A DNA stretch of 63,869 nucleotides, filler included, from Choristocarpus tenellus KU-1152 (GCA_964200185.2; 14 parts of 14 records of this genome joined end to end with filler, not necessarily neighbours in it), one strand, 5' to 3'. Counted from the first letter of the whole stretch, positions 26,773 to 40,392 are shown. Translations and numbers: made by a program. The notes: generated by a model from the sequence alone, not told the origin.

Positions 26773-27909
26773 TTTGCTTCCCCCGCTCGGTGACGCTCCA
26801 CCTCTGTGCAGGTACGTTGATTTTCTCATTGTGGTTGTGCAAAATCTGCACTAGAAGCTTGATCGATGCAATATCCCAGAACTTGAAGTTTCAACAGATT
26901 CTGAAGCCATTCGGGCGGCACAGTGTTTGTTCTTGTGCATTTGTTCACGTGGTGCGCAATGAACGCTGGAATAGCATCTCTGAACTGAACCTGCGAAATG
27001 GTCACATCACAAGTAGTGGAACTTGGAGGAGAGACAGGATCGTCCTGGAAACGGACCCGACAAGTGTCACGTTCGCCCGAACTGACACGATACTCAAAGG
27101 TCGATGACACAGTTCTTGCATCACCTCGACGATCTGTTGGGGAAGAAGGAGAGGAACCTCGAAAAAAATCGGGAATTGATGTGTTGTTAGACGAGATGGA
27201 CATGTTAGTGGACGAATTGGAAACATGGTTTGTTGAGGATTCCATGTCGTCTACTGACTTGTGCTCATGAACCTGTTCCTATGCGTCTCTTGATTCTTAC
27301 AGTTGTTGAGCCAGGCGCTCTTGTTGACTACATTTCCTACTTGATCTTGCGTTCGGCATGTTTGGTCAGTGGTCAAAAAAACAATTTACCCGTCACAGTA
27401 TCTCTGAGCTCACCAGTGTACCGGTGTCGCCATTATGAATCGTGTGATTCTGTGGCGGCGTAGTTCACTCAGGCAAGGGTGGTGAAGAGAATCACCGGAA
27501 AAAATGGACCAGACAGATGAAGACAAACACTAACCGAGAGGACAAGGTTAAGATTGGACAAGTGGAAGACAGCTTGTACAAAACTGTGGGAACGGACAGA
27601 GTGAGGATCTAGTGAGAGAGGTTCATCAGAAATGTCAAGACGTGAGAACAAAGTGAATCTTACCTGTTTGGCAACTCTCAATGAAGAACAAGTCCTATAC
27701 CTGTGGAACTGGTCTCTTGAAGAGATTCCATGGATTCATTCTCATGGAAGATCCTCCTCTGGAATCAGAGATTCTTGACAAGAAACCTCATTCGGCATAA
27801 CGGTATAATGGTATAACGTGTGAAGTACGGCAATAACGGTATAATAACAAACCTGCTTTTCAAAGTACCTTTGAAATAATAATATAATATAATAGGAAGG
27901 GATGGGTTA

Positions 27910-28290
27910 GTGGAGGTGATGGAGGAAGGCGACGACGGTGCACGAGACAGGCAGGGGCAAGGAACAAATGTAAGCGGAGGGATTAACCCAGCTCGGGGAA
28001 TAGATACCCAGGTCTCGATTTCGCAGAATGGAGAAGGATGGACAGAGAACGGAATGGGCCCACGTGGGGACGAGGTGGAGGTGATCGAGGATGGGAATGG
28101 CGGCCCGTAAGATAGGCACGGGCAAGGGGGGAACATAAGCAGAGCACACCACTCCTCATCGGGAATAGGTAGACATGTTTCGCCTCTGCAGGATGGCGAA
28201 GCCTGGACGGAAAATCGAACTATCACACAGGGGGATGGGGCCAGAGAGGTGGTAGAGGCACATGACGATGGTAGCAGGGAGAGGGACCCG
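27910..28290 (+). repeat. Diverged ~165-174-bp tandem repeat (about 2.2 units) with coding-like structure
   Basis: Units begin GTGGAGGTGATGGAGG (27910), GTGGAGGTGATCGAGG (28075) and GTGGTAGAGG (~28249); they translate VEVMEEG..QNGEGWTEN / VEVIEDG..QDGEAWTEN with one internal stop. Confidence 0.55.
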
Positions 28291-28653
28291 CCCCTACATG
28301 GCTTCGAGGAGAGTCAGGAGAGGAGGTGATAAGAGATATTACGGGGCTTCGAAGGCGAGCCTCCCCCACCAGGGACCCCAACCCACACCCATCCCAACAA
28401 CCAGGTCAGCTTGCACCGGAACACTGTGCGATCTGTTTCTCCAAGATACAACAGCCAGTACTCCCTTTCCCCTGCACACACTCACTGGATCTGGGCCGTG
28501 CCTTGGCTCTATACCTCCGCGCCAGACCCCTACATCCCATCCTGTGCCCCACCNNNNNNNNNNNNNNNNNNNNNNNNNNNNNNNNNNNNNNNNNNNNTTA
28601 ATTAATTAANNNNNNNNNNNNNNNNNNNNNNNNNNNNNNNNNNNNNNNNNNNN

Positions 28654-31600
28654 GTGGTGATGAAGCCCCATCTTTGATGTTGCTCATCACTCCTAAGTTT
28701 ACACTTGGCCAACCTTAACCTCGTACCCACCCACGGTCACGGTTCGTCCTTGTTCGTCTGGTCCGTCTTGCCCGGTGATTCTCTTCGCCACCCTCCTTGC
28801 CTGAGTGAACCACGCTGCCACAGAATCACACGATTCACAAAGGTGAGATTGTGTTTCTGTTCTCAATTATCACAACCAACAACATTGAAGGATTGATCCA
28901 CATAACATACCTCAGTCTCATCTTTCACTACCTTTCTGAACCTCATCTCTGGTGGTTCTCATCACCCTCCATAACACAGAAGCAAGCCCCATTACATTGG
29001 TATTCACCAGAGATGTAGGGCTACGCCACAACGATGGACAAGAAAGAAGTACAACTCAAAAAGGTTGTTGACCCTAATCAGAAAGTCGAGACGACTTCGA
29101 GAAATAAAGCACCATCAGGGAACCATAGTGTGAGAGGAAGGATAATCCAGTATCCCGAAACATGCAGACCCTGAGCCCAGCCAAAGCGTTAATACATCCT
29201 TGGCGGCTCACTTGAACAAGATGGCTGTGTCCAATGCCTGGGTGACGTTTTCAACGTAACCCAGACCAGACCCTCTATCAAGCGCCGGTCGAAGATGACA
29301 AGTAGAAGGAGGACCAAAGGCTCGATGTCCACGACAAGTTCCTTCATTCAACTCCGAGTGTCACTTACGTCTAGCACAGTTTTAAACTTGAAGAGTGTGG
29401 AGGTCAGCCTTACTCACTGCTACGACCCTGTCAAGGATAAACCAGCAAGATGAGTATATTGTCCCACCCTACCTCGACCACATTCCCTGGGGCTAAGTAC
29501 TTGGTCCCTTGATCATGATACATATTTCTCACAAGGACTTACCCCATGAGTTCTGGAGCACTGTATTTGTCCTATTCCCCGGTTGCCAAATTTCAAAATT
29601 GGGTTAGACCTTGCCCTCATGCATATCTACAACAACCACAAAGAACGTTCGATTGGTCGACTTCTACTGGTGATCAAGCACGTGCTGCCCTGTCAGAAAT
29701 CTCTACTATTCCTCCCATAAACCCCTGCAGGATAACATAGAACCATAGGAGGAGATAGAGTGAGAAATAAGAGTATATAAAGATGCCCTGCTGATCTGTT
29801 TCCCCAGAACAAGTAAGGATAAGGTATAAATGTGGTATGATATCTAAGGTCTTGTTGCTAGGTTGGGAAACACTGGAGAGACCGTAAAACCTAAGCCACA
29901 ACGTTTAAAGCTTTTAAGGTTTGCAACCGAAAATTGCCACAAGCAGGAAATGTAACAACTGTTGCATCTGCTCTTTCTTGGTCTTCGCAACCTTTTTTGG
30001 GCGTGAGGGAAGTTCTTTTACACCTCATGCGTTGTTCCACTTATTTATAATGCTGGCACACATCAGCCATCCAACATTACTCTAACTCCCCTCGTGTGCC
30101 GAATGTTTCATCTCATCGCGTACGAATTCCTGGGTATGTAGATAATGAACCTTTAATTAACATTACTGTTGAGAATGCTACTGGCATTCCAGTAATACCA
30201 CTCAGATACATTGAAGTCCACCCAACTCTTTGCAAGGCACCCATTCGGGGTATTCCAGCAGGCGCTTTGAATTAAAAAGGAACAGATGGTAGACCTTTAT
30301 ATGTTTATGGTTTCATTCAATTTACACTACAACTTGGTGACATATCAATGCCGGTCCAAGCAGTCGCCATACCTAATTTGGGAGTAGATAAAATTTTATT
30401 GGATAACAGCGTCATGTCCGTATTTCGGGCGGTGCTAGATTGGGATAGAGAGGAAATGTCGCTTAAAGACCCTGATAATCGCATTCCAGCAACACACAAA
30501 ATTATACCCCTTCCCATCTGTTCCCCCCAAGGCATATTTGTCGGACTGAAAATCCATCACCTTTTATTTTAATTTCAGTGATCAAATCTGAGTTCAGTAC
30601 ACCAGTGCATACAGTAAAAAAGATACACCTTCCTTCTGGCACGGAAATACCTGTCCCAGCTTGTTCTCAGGCACTCAGAGGAACAGCTACCGAGACAGTG
30701 GTGGAACCTATCATTTACACTGGCACAGACGTTCAGCAAGAGGACGACATACATTCCCACTGGCAACACATTATGGTCAGTTGAACCCTCACTGTTTGGG
30801 AAGAAGATGGAGGATGTCAACACTGGAGATCATATATTTGGGGTAAACACCTCACAATTATTAGTGATCATTCAGCCTTAAGGTGGTTGCATGCGATACG
30901 AGATACATCCAACCTGTTAACTCAATGGGCCTTAGGTTTACCAAGTTTTGATTTTACTGCCCTTCATAAGCCTGGCAGATTACATTACATCCCAGATATG
31001 TTGTAACGTCCTCAACTGGAAGAATTATGTAAGCATGAATCTGAACCAGCACCCCTAATTCCTAGAGTCAAAGTATCTTAGAGGGTAGGGCCGTGTCCGT
31101 TTGGGGATCAAAATTCAATGTTGCGATTTCGATGTAATTTTGGTTATCATGTTTGTTAGGAAGTGTCAATATCCTTGTTCCAGAAACACTTTTTCATTAC
31201 GTATACATTTACCTGCTCCGAAATATTACAGAGCAGGTAAAATGTCATAAAAAAACGTGGGAAGTCAAGCCCCAAATGGACTAACAGGGAAAAACTTGTA
31301 CCCTCTAAGGTTCTTTCACTCCTATATGTCGAAATGTGGGTACAAAAACTACTAATTCAAGATCTATAGCAAATAAGGTATATCCTACCTATGAATTGTC
31401 TGTGGATCGACTAGGTGAAATTACTAAAGTGACAAATGACTCTGAGGTCTTTGCAAGCTCCATCAATGTTTTCCAGTAATTGGTACGGAAGTTCTAGCCA
31501 AAGCCCAACATATCAGTTTGGAGCATATTTTCAATACCTGGCAGATCCAAGTAATGCAACATTACCCAATAAGGAAACAGCCTACACCATGTCATATTTT

Positions 31601-32300
31601 TTCACTCAAGAACAAGAAAATAAACTTTTACTCCACTGGTCTTATCAACCTGATCATCTTCGAAAAAATGGAGAATTTCACAACCAGTTAGTAGCCCCAA
31701 CAGAGGTTCAGGGTTTAATTTTACATGCCCTACATGACCATAAAGTTGCAGGCCATCTTGCTTTCAAACACACATTTGACCGGGTTCAAGATAGATTTTG
31801 GTGGCCAACCTTCCATAAAGATGTGAGGAAGTGGTGTGAAACTTGTCAGTCCTGTCAAAGGCGGAAGACCACTCACACTCTTACCCCACTACCTGCAGGA
31901 AATATGCCTGTCACACGTCCATTCCAATGTCTTGCTATTGACCTAGTTAAATATATGACCACATCAGACTGTGCAAAATGTCTTATCCGCTGTAGACTAT
32001 CTTACCAGATTCACAATCTTGGCTGACATTGCAAATAAGCAAGAAAAAACCGTGGCTAAAGTTCTTGTCGATCGTATATTTTCCATCTTTGGTCCTCCTG
32101 AAACACTCCACCCTGGCCAAGGCAGAGAATTTGAGAATAAACTCCTAGCTCAGTTGCGTAAAGTGTATGGATATCATAAACCCAAACAACGACATATCGA
32201 CTGCAAGGCAATATTATATGTGAACATATTCATTCAGCGAAGCAGGGTATGCTGCCCATGTATTCAAATATGGACCAATTTGACTGGACCTCATTGTTAA
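28654..32300 (+). mobile_element. Ty3/Gypsy LTR retrotransposon remnant: LTR end, protease, RNase H, integrase; RT apparently deleted
   Basis: LTR ends ..GATTCACA at 28839; protease region ..VAIPNLGVDKILLDNSVM (30.3-30.5 kb); RNase H HWRSYIWGKHLTIISDHSALRW..HKPG (30.82-31.0 kb); integrase HDHKVAGH..FWWP..CETCQSC (H2C2) and AVDYLTRF..FGPPETLH..QGREF with frameshifts (31.7-32.2 kb). Confidence 0.9.
31065..31321. mobile_element. MITE family A inserted in Gypsy pol
   Basis: GAGTCAAAGTATCTTAGAGGGTA..TACCCTCTAAGGTTCTTTCACTC; TSD cta/cta; the empty site restores an open frame (PLIPICRNV). Confidence 0.92.
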
Positions 32301-34113
32301 GAATATGCTTTTTATTCATATGCAAAATATGATTCTGTGGGAGAAACATTTAGTTGTTGAAGTATTGTTGGATAATGAAAATATTGTCCGCGGGTTATTA
32401 TAATATACCCCGATAGTATGTCTTTGTTAGGTGACAACTAAAATATTGTCTGCGGGTTATTTTAGTACAACGGATTGAATGACGGGTTATTAGAGAATAT
32501 GTGAATCGTAAGGTGATGACCCCCTTTGAGCTTTGAAGCTCAATCTCCTTTTCTTACACCTTCCTTACTTCATGTACAACCTGTTCTACATAATGAGGAA
32601 ATAATCGAGTTATTTACACACACAAGTCTTGGGAACACCAGTTTCTTTAACAGATCCTTGTGCCTCTCGTCGCCTACAATCTCCACGTAGGCACATTCGT
32701 CCCTATGCGTGATGGAGCACTTTGGCCATGAATACCTGTCGCGCGTGTCATCGAATGAGAGCGTTAAACAGACAGGATAGTATTTTTCCAAATCATTAAT
32801 TGGGCGCAACAATGCAACGCAGGAATCCACGGTCACGAAGGACCACGAAATTGGCGGCGCAAAACAGCACGAAGTAGTACAGATGAGATACAACAATCGG
32901 TGATGTACATGCATTAACACACAACCGGACTGTGTCAAATAAAGAGACGTAGGGGTAGCAACCGCAGCGCCACACACAGAGGGACCCCGCAAGTTCCACC
33001 GGTTCAATGGCGTGCACCGCTGAAAAGATACAACCTAGTTAGTCGTTCGGGGGATTGGAAGGAAAACAAATCTCACGCCATTAATTACCCGCCATCCCCG
33101 TGTGCACCGTTACAACTACATTACTCACCGAGACGTAGGTAGAGGATTGCATTCAGTACAGCAAACGCCAGCGTTCCACCCTCTATGGCCGTTTTGTTCT
33201 TCTTCCACACCAGGAACACTGCCGACAGAACCCCCTTCGCCCGTATCCTCCCTGTCTGGCAGTCCGTTCCCTCCCTCGTCTTCGTCCCCTCCTTTGCGTT
33301 CGTCCCCTCCCTAGTCTCCATCCCCTCCTTGGTGTTCGCACCCTCCCTCGTCTTTTTTCTCATTGTCATCTGATGCCGATCCGTTGTTGCTCTCAACTCC
33401 TGCGCCGCCACCATCACAGCCCCGCCCGCTGTGAACCCGGTGGAGGTTGACCTGGTTGAGTACATCCTGGTATTTCCCATCCCAGGTGGTGAGGTAAGCG
33501 CGTAGAGTCGAGTCCTTCTCGTGAATCTGGTGGTGGACACGGCACGTTGTTGAGGAGAGGATGGGACGATGGTGACGTCAAAAATGGGAGAGTGTAATGG
33601 AAGTACGATAGCTTGTCAATCGAACAGAGCAAACGATACAGTTGACGTTGTGAACAAGTTTAATGGAGGCAGATTGCGGGGCGAAATAGTTTGAAAGAAG
33701 TTCATGTTGAGGACACCAGCCTGTCTGTAGGTTTTTTCAGTGACACGTGTTGGAGGCAGATGTTAAAGTATCCCCAAAATCATCAAAGAGGATAAAGGTG
33801 ATAAACCCGGCGNNNNNNNNNNNNNNNNNNNNNNNNNNNNNNNNNNNNNNNNNNNNTTAATTAATTAANNNNNNNNNNNNNNNNNNNNNNNNNNNNNNNN
33901 NNNNNNNNNNNNCCCTCAGGGAGAGTCAAGTAGGGTGTGGGGGAGGCAGGGGGTCAAGTGAACAATTGTACGGCCTTGATAACATGGATCATCCTTGCGA
34001 GAGCCAACACAAGGTATTTGACTCTATTTGGGCAGTAATTGAATAGTTAAACAGAAAAACAGGCATTGAGACATCAAGATTGCAAGGTGGAAATGCGTAG
34101 GCCCTGCTGGTAC

Positions 34114-35947
34114 CTTGGGCTCCATACTGCAGGCCCTGAGGAACTTCTTGGTGAAGGGAGGCAGCGTTAAAGTGGTGATTTCATGTCCATCCCACTTTGT
34201 TGACACATAGGCATAGTTCATGTCGCTGTTTTCTGGCAGGAGTAAATTTTTAAAAAAAGAGGGACAAACGGGACAAGGGCAGACACAAAATAAATTTAAA
34301 TATCAATCATATATTTAAATAAAAACATTGAGTGAGAGGCGCGTCTAGATGATTGAGGGAGTGCATTGAGCAGAGGGTGAATAATTGGTACCTTTGAGGG
34401 CGGAAGGCGATGGCAATCTATGGAAGCAAACGGACACTAGGTGAAATACCCTTCATTGGGACCATGGAATTAATAAAATGTAAACATCAAGTCATTGAGT
34501 TATGCCCCTTTCCGTCAACATTAGTTCAGTTTTTGAGCATATGTGAATGTTTCTGCGCCATATCTTCCAGCACAAGACATAGCCTTGACTCAGACTCAAC
34601 TGAAGAAAAAAAAATGCCGTAGCAGTACAATACCCCCCCCCTCCCCCCGAAACACACATTGATGACATAATCACCATTGGATATGGTCTCCTTGTGTCCC
34701 AAACTTACCAAAATTAGTCAAAAAGGGGGTGGTTGTGTTGGTCATCACATTGTCATCATCCATTCTCCAATAGAAGTCGTAATCGCACAAGGTCTGCAGG
34801 TAAACATATGTAAACACCTGGGGATGTTTCAGAAGTTCAAAAACTGCACTCTCAGGATCACCTTTCTACCACAGCAATATTCTAGCAGATAATGACTTCC
34901 AACTCAAAGTGCGGAGCCTGGTGATGAAAAAATATTGGAGGCGACAGCACTGCTAGGATTAATCCCCAACTTGTCGGACAGAGGGAGGACATAAGCCTGT
35001 GTTAACCGTCGTGAGAGGGTGTATCATCAATGAAAACATGACCTTGCTTGTGAAATGCCAGCTCCAATATCTTGCCTTCTAGTATTCAGGAGATTGCAAA
35101 TGGTATTCGCACAAATACTCAAAATCTGTCCTGGCAAATCACTTTCCAAACAAAGGCAAAGCTGTCTGGAAAACATGTTTTGGATTACCTAATGCCTACT
35201 CCCACACACCTCACACATGAACTTATAGCCCCTTCCGTTGGGTCCCTGGATCTCTTTCTCTTTATGCTCTTCGCTCGCCCTCACAAACCCCCCGTACTGT
35301 CTTAAATCCATGAAGAGGGCACGATGGGGCGCAGGTATCGCATCTCTAATCATAAATGCCTCCTCTGCAGAAAGGTCACCCTCTTGAAAATAGATGAAAT
35401 CGATGGACCGCGACGGATCCCACCCCACCTCCTGGAGGTGGGCCAGAATGGCAGCATCCCGTCGAAGCGAATTCTTCCTATGGTAGCGTTTTCTTTCCCC
35501 TCCCCGAATTAGGGAGATTATCGCCCATCTAGGAGGGCCCGTCCAAGGTTTACCTTCAGAAATTGCTCCTTGCCGTGTTCCACGAGGGCAGGAAAAGTGC
35601 TTCTGAGGTCGCTCGCATATGCCAGAGTCTAAGGAAGCGGGAGCCAACGACCCAGATGCATTCGAAGAGGTCACATCTGAACCGTTGGGTTGTTTTGCCT
35701 CTCCTTCTCGATTTGTCCCGATCAGAAGAGGTGCTGCACTGAACAATTGTGGAGAGTAGATATTGGGATGGGTCGACAACTGATCTTCTGGAGTTGGCGA
35801 TATTCCTGACCAGATCTCGGAGGTTGACATGGCGGGCGTAAACATGAGGATAAATATGGACATGAGAGGTAATCTTCCACCGAGATCATCCAGAAGCCAT
35901 CGTATCTTGTCACCCACAGCCCAAGTAGATGAATCAATCACGTGCAT
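34114..35947 (-). CDS. Glycosyltransferase family 15 (KRE2/KTR alpha-1,2-mannosyltransferase)-like, partial
   Basis: Long exon to 35210 (..FIYFQEGDL..GRGYKFMCE), probable microexon ~35078-35043, exon 34793-34709 (TLCDYDFYWRMDDD) and exon 34232-34114 (..MNYAY..TLPPFTKKF). GYxxMC and YDxYWR motifs resemble GT15. Confidence 0.65.
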
Positions 35948-37351
35948 GCTGCAGATCAGGACACAGCGCAGACCTGAAACACCTTACGATTGGAAATGAG
36001 GTAATCAAAAAAGGAGAAAATAACATTGTAGAACATGTGATAGGGTAAGCCTGCAACACAGGATAGTTACATTAAGAGGTTGAGAAAGATATTGATAGGT
36101 GTGTCAGGAACAGTTCCCACAGACCGCGGGCAATCCAGTGTGTTGCGCGCATAACATAGAGTTTCCCATGAACTATACAACAAAACCATCTTTTCCAGAT
36201 CACATGTGGTGTGGGTAGTCAACTCCACAAACAACACACACATTCATAACCAAGGAGAATGAGGTAACATTGAAGATCATGACGAACAAGCAAACCCAGG
36301 TTGGAGGGACTAATCAATTCGTTGTGGCAAAGAAAGACGACACTTTTTCGTATCAAATGGATATTACTACCTGATTCCTTGCTTTGAAGGCATTCGATTC
36401 TGCCTGTTGTATATATTACAGAATAAATAATCGCCGTCCAGTGTTGATCATTTTGGTAGTACGCATGCTTTTGTATCTTATTATACTCCGAGCATTATGG
36501 TGGAACTCTCCCACCCTGTCAGATTCATCTTATACATACAATATAAAATACTATTATTATACTATCACCATTGCCCCCGCGACTGAATCTGCCTCCTACT
36601 ATGATTGTCCCACCGATGGGTGCGACCAAACATTCCCAGATCAATGGTGCAAAGAGAGAGAAAATTCCTTGCTAGTGGCGAGGATATATAATAGTCAACT
36701 GGTCATAATACGTATCCAACAGAGGTTAGGTTTGCTCTTAAATTCCCCATCATAGAGTGAACCCTGGCCACAGACCCTCATCAGTTTTGACATGTACCCT
36801 TTCCTGATTATGTACCTCAGAATCATATGGATGGCGTGTTATGACCCTGTGAGCTTCACCAACCGACAAAAAATGAAGTCTATTCCTTCAGGTAGACGAC
36901 CCTTCTTCGTCTGATCTGTTCCTGTCTGGGAAATATTTTCTGGACATCATACTAAAAATTCAAATGTTGTGTATGGTCCTTGCATGAACACCTCTGTCTG
37001 GTGGAGAATGTCATGCTGAACTAGCCTGAAACGAACGACATAATACTTGGTATGAAATGGGACCCAACCCCTTCACATTACATGTGACTACGTGACATGC
37101 TTGATCCTCTCCAAACAATTTGCGCAACGCAATCTGGGCGTGAGAAGGATTGCTGCAAAATTTAGCGTACAGAAATCAACTCTTGCAGTGTAAGAAACAT
37201 TCCTACTACACTTCAGCACCATCACAGCCTATCACGGTACTATCAATCTTGGACTAAGGCAGAAGAAACTTGGGAGTGCAGAAGAGTCATCTTGCATAGT
37301 TGGTGGAGTTAATCCCGGGGGCCTTGGGACAGGAGAGAAGAATGACCAAAT

Positions 37352-37543
37352 GACCCAAAGTATCTGGGGGGGGCGGGGGTGTACACCAGGGTGTCTCCAT
37401 TATTTGATTCAAAAACCAGGAAAAGTGCACTTACACAATATCCATCCTACGTATGCAACCAAATCACCCAAAAATCGCGACATGAAAAGATATTCACCCC
37501 AAACGGACAGCCGCTACCCCCCCCCCCCCAAATACTTTGAGGC
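37352..37543 (+). mobile_element. MITE family B
   Basis: GACCCAAAGTATCT..AATACTTTGAGGC; TSD aat/aat. Confidence 0.9.
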
Positions 37544-39069
37544 AATACCCACCCTATGCATAATAATTNNNNNNNNNNNNNNNNNNNNNNNNNNNNNNNN
37601 NNNNNNNNNNNNTTAATTAATTAANNNNNNNNNNNNNNNNNNNNNNNNNNNNNNNNNNNNNNNNNNNNCCCCCCCAAGATACATTGACCCCAATACACTC
37701 TATGGTATTGTTTTGTGTGCACAATAGTGTACACAAGTTTGGTATCCCCCCTATACACAAGCAAAGCGACACGATAATTCAGCAAAGGATGTTTCTTCAA
37801 TTGTACAAAATGGAATCTTTTCGCCCTTTCTCTGGACCCTTACAATGCAATCCTGCCTGCTTTGAGTTGGCTTGACTCATTCCAGTTTATCCCTCACTCT
37901 TCCACCATATAGTGCTGATGGACGTGTTCGACAGAGGTTGGGGATAGATTGAGGTGGCAATTGTGCAGATAAAATTCGTAAAAAAACATGTTCTATATGT
38001 GGGATGGTTGCATGTACTTTGGAGAATACTTTAGATTACATTTGATTATGCCATTATGGTATGTTGAATGTGATATCGAGATACACAATAGTGGCTCGTC
38101 CCCAGGATCCACAATATGTTAGAGGAAGGGGTACCATTGTTATATTTCGAGTAAAACAGTTGAAGGTTATGATATATTCTCTTGTTCTTATTGCGGTGTT
38201 TGAGTATATTTATTCGTGAACCTTTTTGCCAAAGAATGTCAATATCTTGCGTGGCCTTCTCCAGGATGATATCACGATATGAGCCACATTTTGATGTTGG
38301 TATCTTCATGAAGGACCTCTGAGTCAAAGTAGACGAAGGTACTCAGCAATTGGCTGTTTTGCATTATCAGACAGTTTTCAAACGTTTGCAATTCACCTAT
38401 GGATTATATACTAAGTTTGACTTGAAAGGGTTGACTTCTCAATTGTTTAAGACCTTTCGACACAATTCGGAAAACATCTTGTACGCATTTATATAAAAAC
38501 TGAATTTCCACATATTTGCTGGCATCCTTAAGATGCAACTCTGGGTACCTCTCGTTTACTTCGACTCTCTAGGCCTTTTTTCCATGGTGGCAATAATTGT
38601 CCTCCATTGAGGGGGGGTCTTACACGTCTCCAACCAGCTTCTTCTAGCACCTGGATGGACCAGCCCCCCTGTCGTCGACTTGATGGACCAAGGAGATAAT
38701 ATAGGGTGTATGACATTTTGGTTGTTGTTCGTAAGTAGAGGATGAGATGAAGTGGAAACAAAGTCACGTTCAATGCAGTTTCCCAAGTGCACACCTCAAA
38801 TGAGTGAAATCAATTGAGATGTGTAGGCAGGTTTGGACCCTGTTGCATTTTAAACCATATTTCCTACCTTGTGCAATACACCCTATTTCATCGCCTTACG
38901 TGCACAATTGTGTACGCAAGATGGATATTCCTCCTTTCCTCGCACAAAGGGACACAACAATTCAGTGAAGGCTCTCTATGCAATTGTACAACATGGCATA
39001 TTTTGTCCCTTTGTCGGGATCCTTCAAATGCAACCCTGACTACCTCGCAGTTGGTTTGACTCCAAATAC

Positions 39070-39349
39070 CTCCATTGCGCATAGTTCATTGCTGATCTAC
39101 ATGTTGGGCACCTGGCAACCCAGTCAGGTGAAGTACCAGTGAGGTCGACAAATTTTCTGGCAGAGTCGTCCAGTTCAGGGTCCAGGTGCAAGTCTGCCTG
39201 CACGAGCAACCCCCTGTGTGCGGCACAAAATGAAACCCTATCCGAAGGTACCACAAACACTGTTCCTACAAGAACCACTTCCGTCTCCGCAGCAAGGTGT
39301 TTTGGCATGCATAGCTTACACTCCTCATGTTGGACAGCACTCAATCCCA
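39070..39349 (-). CDS. Putative exon of an unknown Cys-containing protein
   Basis: AG..GT-bounded open frame GLSAVQHEECKLC..WVARCPTCRSAMNYAQW with two CxxC pairs. Confidence 0.3.
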
Positions 39350-40199
39350 CTTCAATATTTGAAAATAGAATCTACCCAAATACCAGCTTGTCTGTCATGT
39401 GGATTAGGACATGACAAGAAATAACTGCAAAAATGTTCACCATTCATACACTTCAAAGGGCGACTCGGGCAAAGAAGCTGTACAATGCGTTGTGGCCTCC
39501 CGACCTTCGTCTAAATCAGTTTCCAGGGTGAACTTGGCAGACGTTGGGCTATTGCTCGCAATCTAGCATCCTCCAAATTATTTTCAAACCCAAGTGCACA
39601 TTCCAAGGGGTAAAGAATAGAAGGAATGACAAAATACACATTATCTAAGGCCCCAACGAAGTTGACGGAATAGAAGGGAGTCGCCTGCTGCTGACGAAGG
39701 TTGCTTGGTAAATAGAGGGTATCACTCCGTGTAGACTAGAGCAGGTCTAAGCAACGAACGACACATCTAACGAGCATTTTCAGACAAGTTCGAGACAGTC
39801 AAATGCTCCTAACAACCTCATTTTAGGACAAAATTGGCAAGTTTAGGTAAAATTGATGACACACCTTCCCCATCAAAGGTAGCAATTAAATTTTGGTTCA
39901 AGAGGGACATATCAAGTTTATACTATTATATATTTTGAAGTACTGTATTAGTAGTGGGTACTTCAAAGAAGTCTTTACTCAAATTCTGTTTTACAAGCAG
40001 TTTGTGAATGTCAAAGTGGAAATTTCTGTTCAGTTGTATTCTAGACATTGTCTTCCTCTTTCCACTCTATTGTCCTATTTGATTCTGTTGCCTTCTACCC
40101 TTTATATTTCTTCTTTTCCTTGCGTCACCACCTCACCAATGTGTCATCCCCTGCAAGAAATATGTAGGATATAATAATATCTTTATAATTTATAACCTC

Positions 40200-40278
40200 A
40201 ATACCTTTGGGCGCCTCGGCAAGCAAGCGGAAAGCTTCCTGGATGAGCTGGCTACCCACATGGTAGGAGGGAGAGGAG
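40200..40278 (+). mobile_element. RLE-type LINE C-terminal fragment
   Basis: TFGRLGKQAESFLDELATHMVGG resembles the ETxGRLGxxAxxFLxELA tail of restriction-like-endonuclease LINEs. Confidence 0.5.
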
Positions 40279-40392
40279 NNNNNNNNNNNNNNNNNNNNNN
40301 NNNNNNNNNNNNNNNNNNNNNNTTAATTAATTAANNNNNNNNNNNNNNNNNNNNNNNNNNNNNNNNNNNNNNNNNNNNCTGTATGGTAGCAT

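Larger units (their letters stand above)
24520..27849 (-). mobile_element. Ty3/Gypsy LTR retrotransposon remnant (5' LTR, PBS, gag-like, protease), interrupted by 3 MITEs
   Basis: LTR 27849-27434 starts TGTTA; PBS TGGCGACACCGGT at 27432-27420; gag-like ORF 27245-26826; protease C-part IPQLGPNKILVDNSVM (25758-25625) and EPVIY..HPWNRIV are paralogous to the + strand element at 30.3-30.8 kb. Confidence 0.75.

Noticed and set aside
32570-33640. Possible two-exon minus-strand gene with an 18-bp repeat (TREG.. units)
   Set aside because: Splice-like sites exist, but the frame is ambiguous and no homology was recognisable
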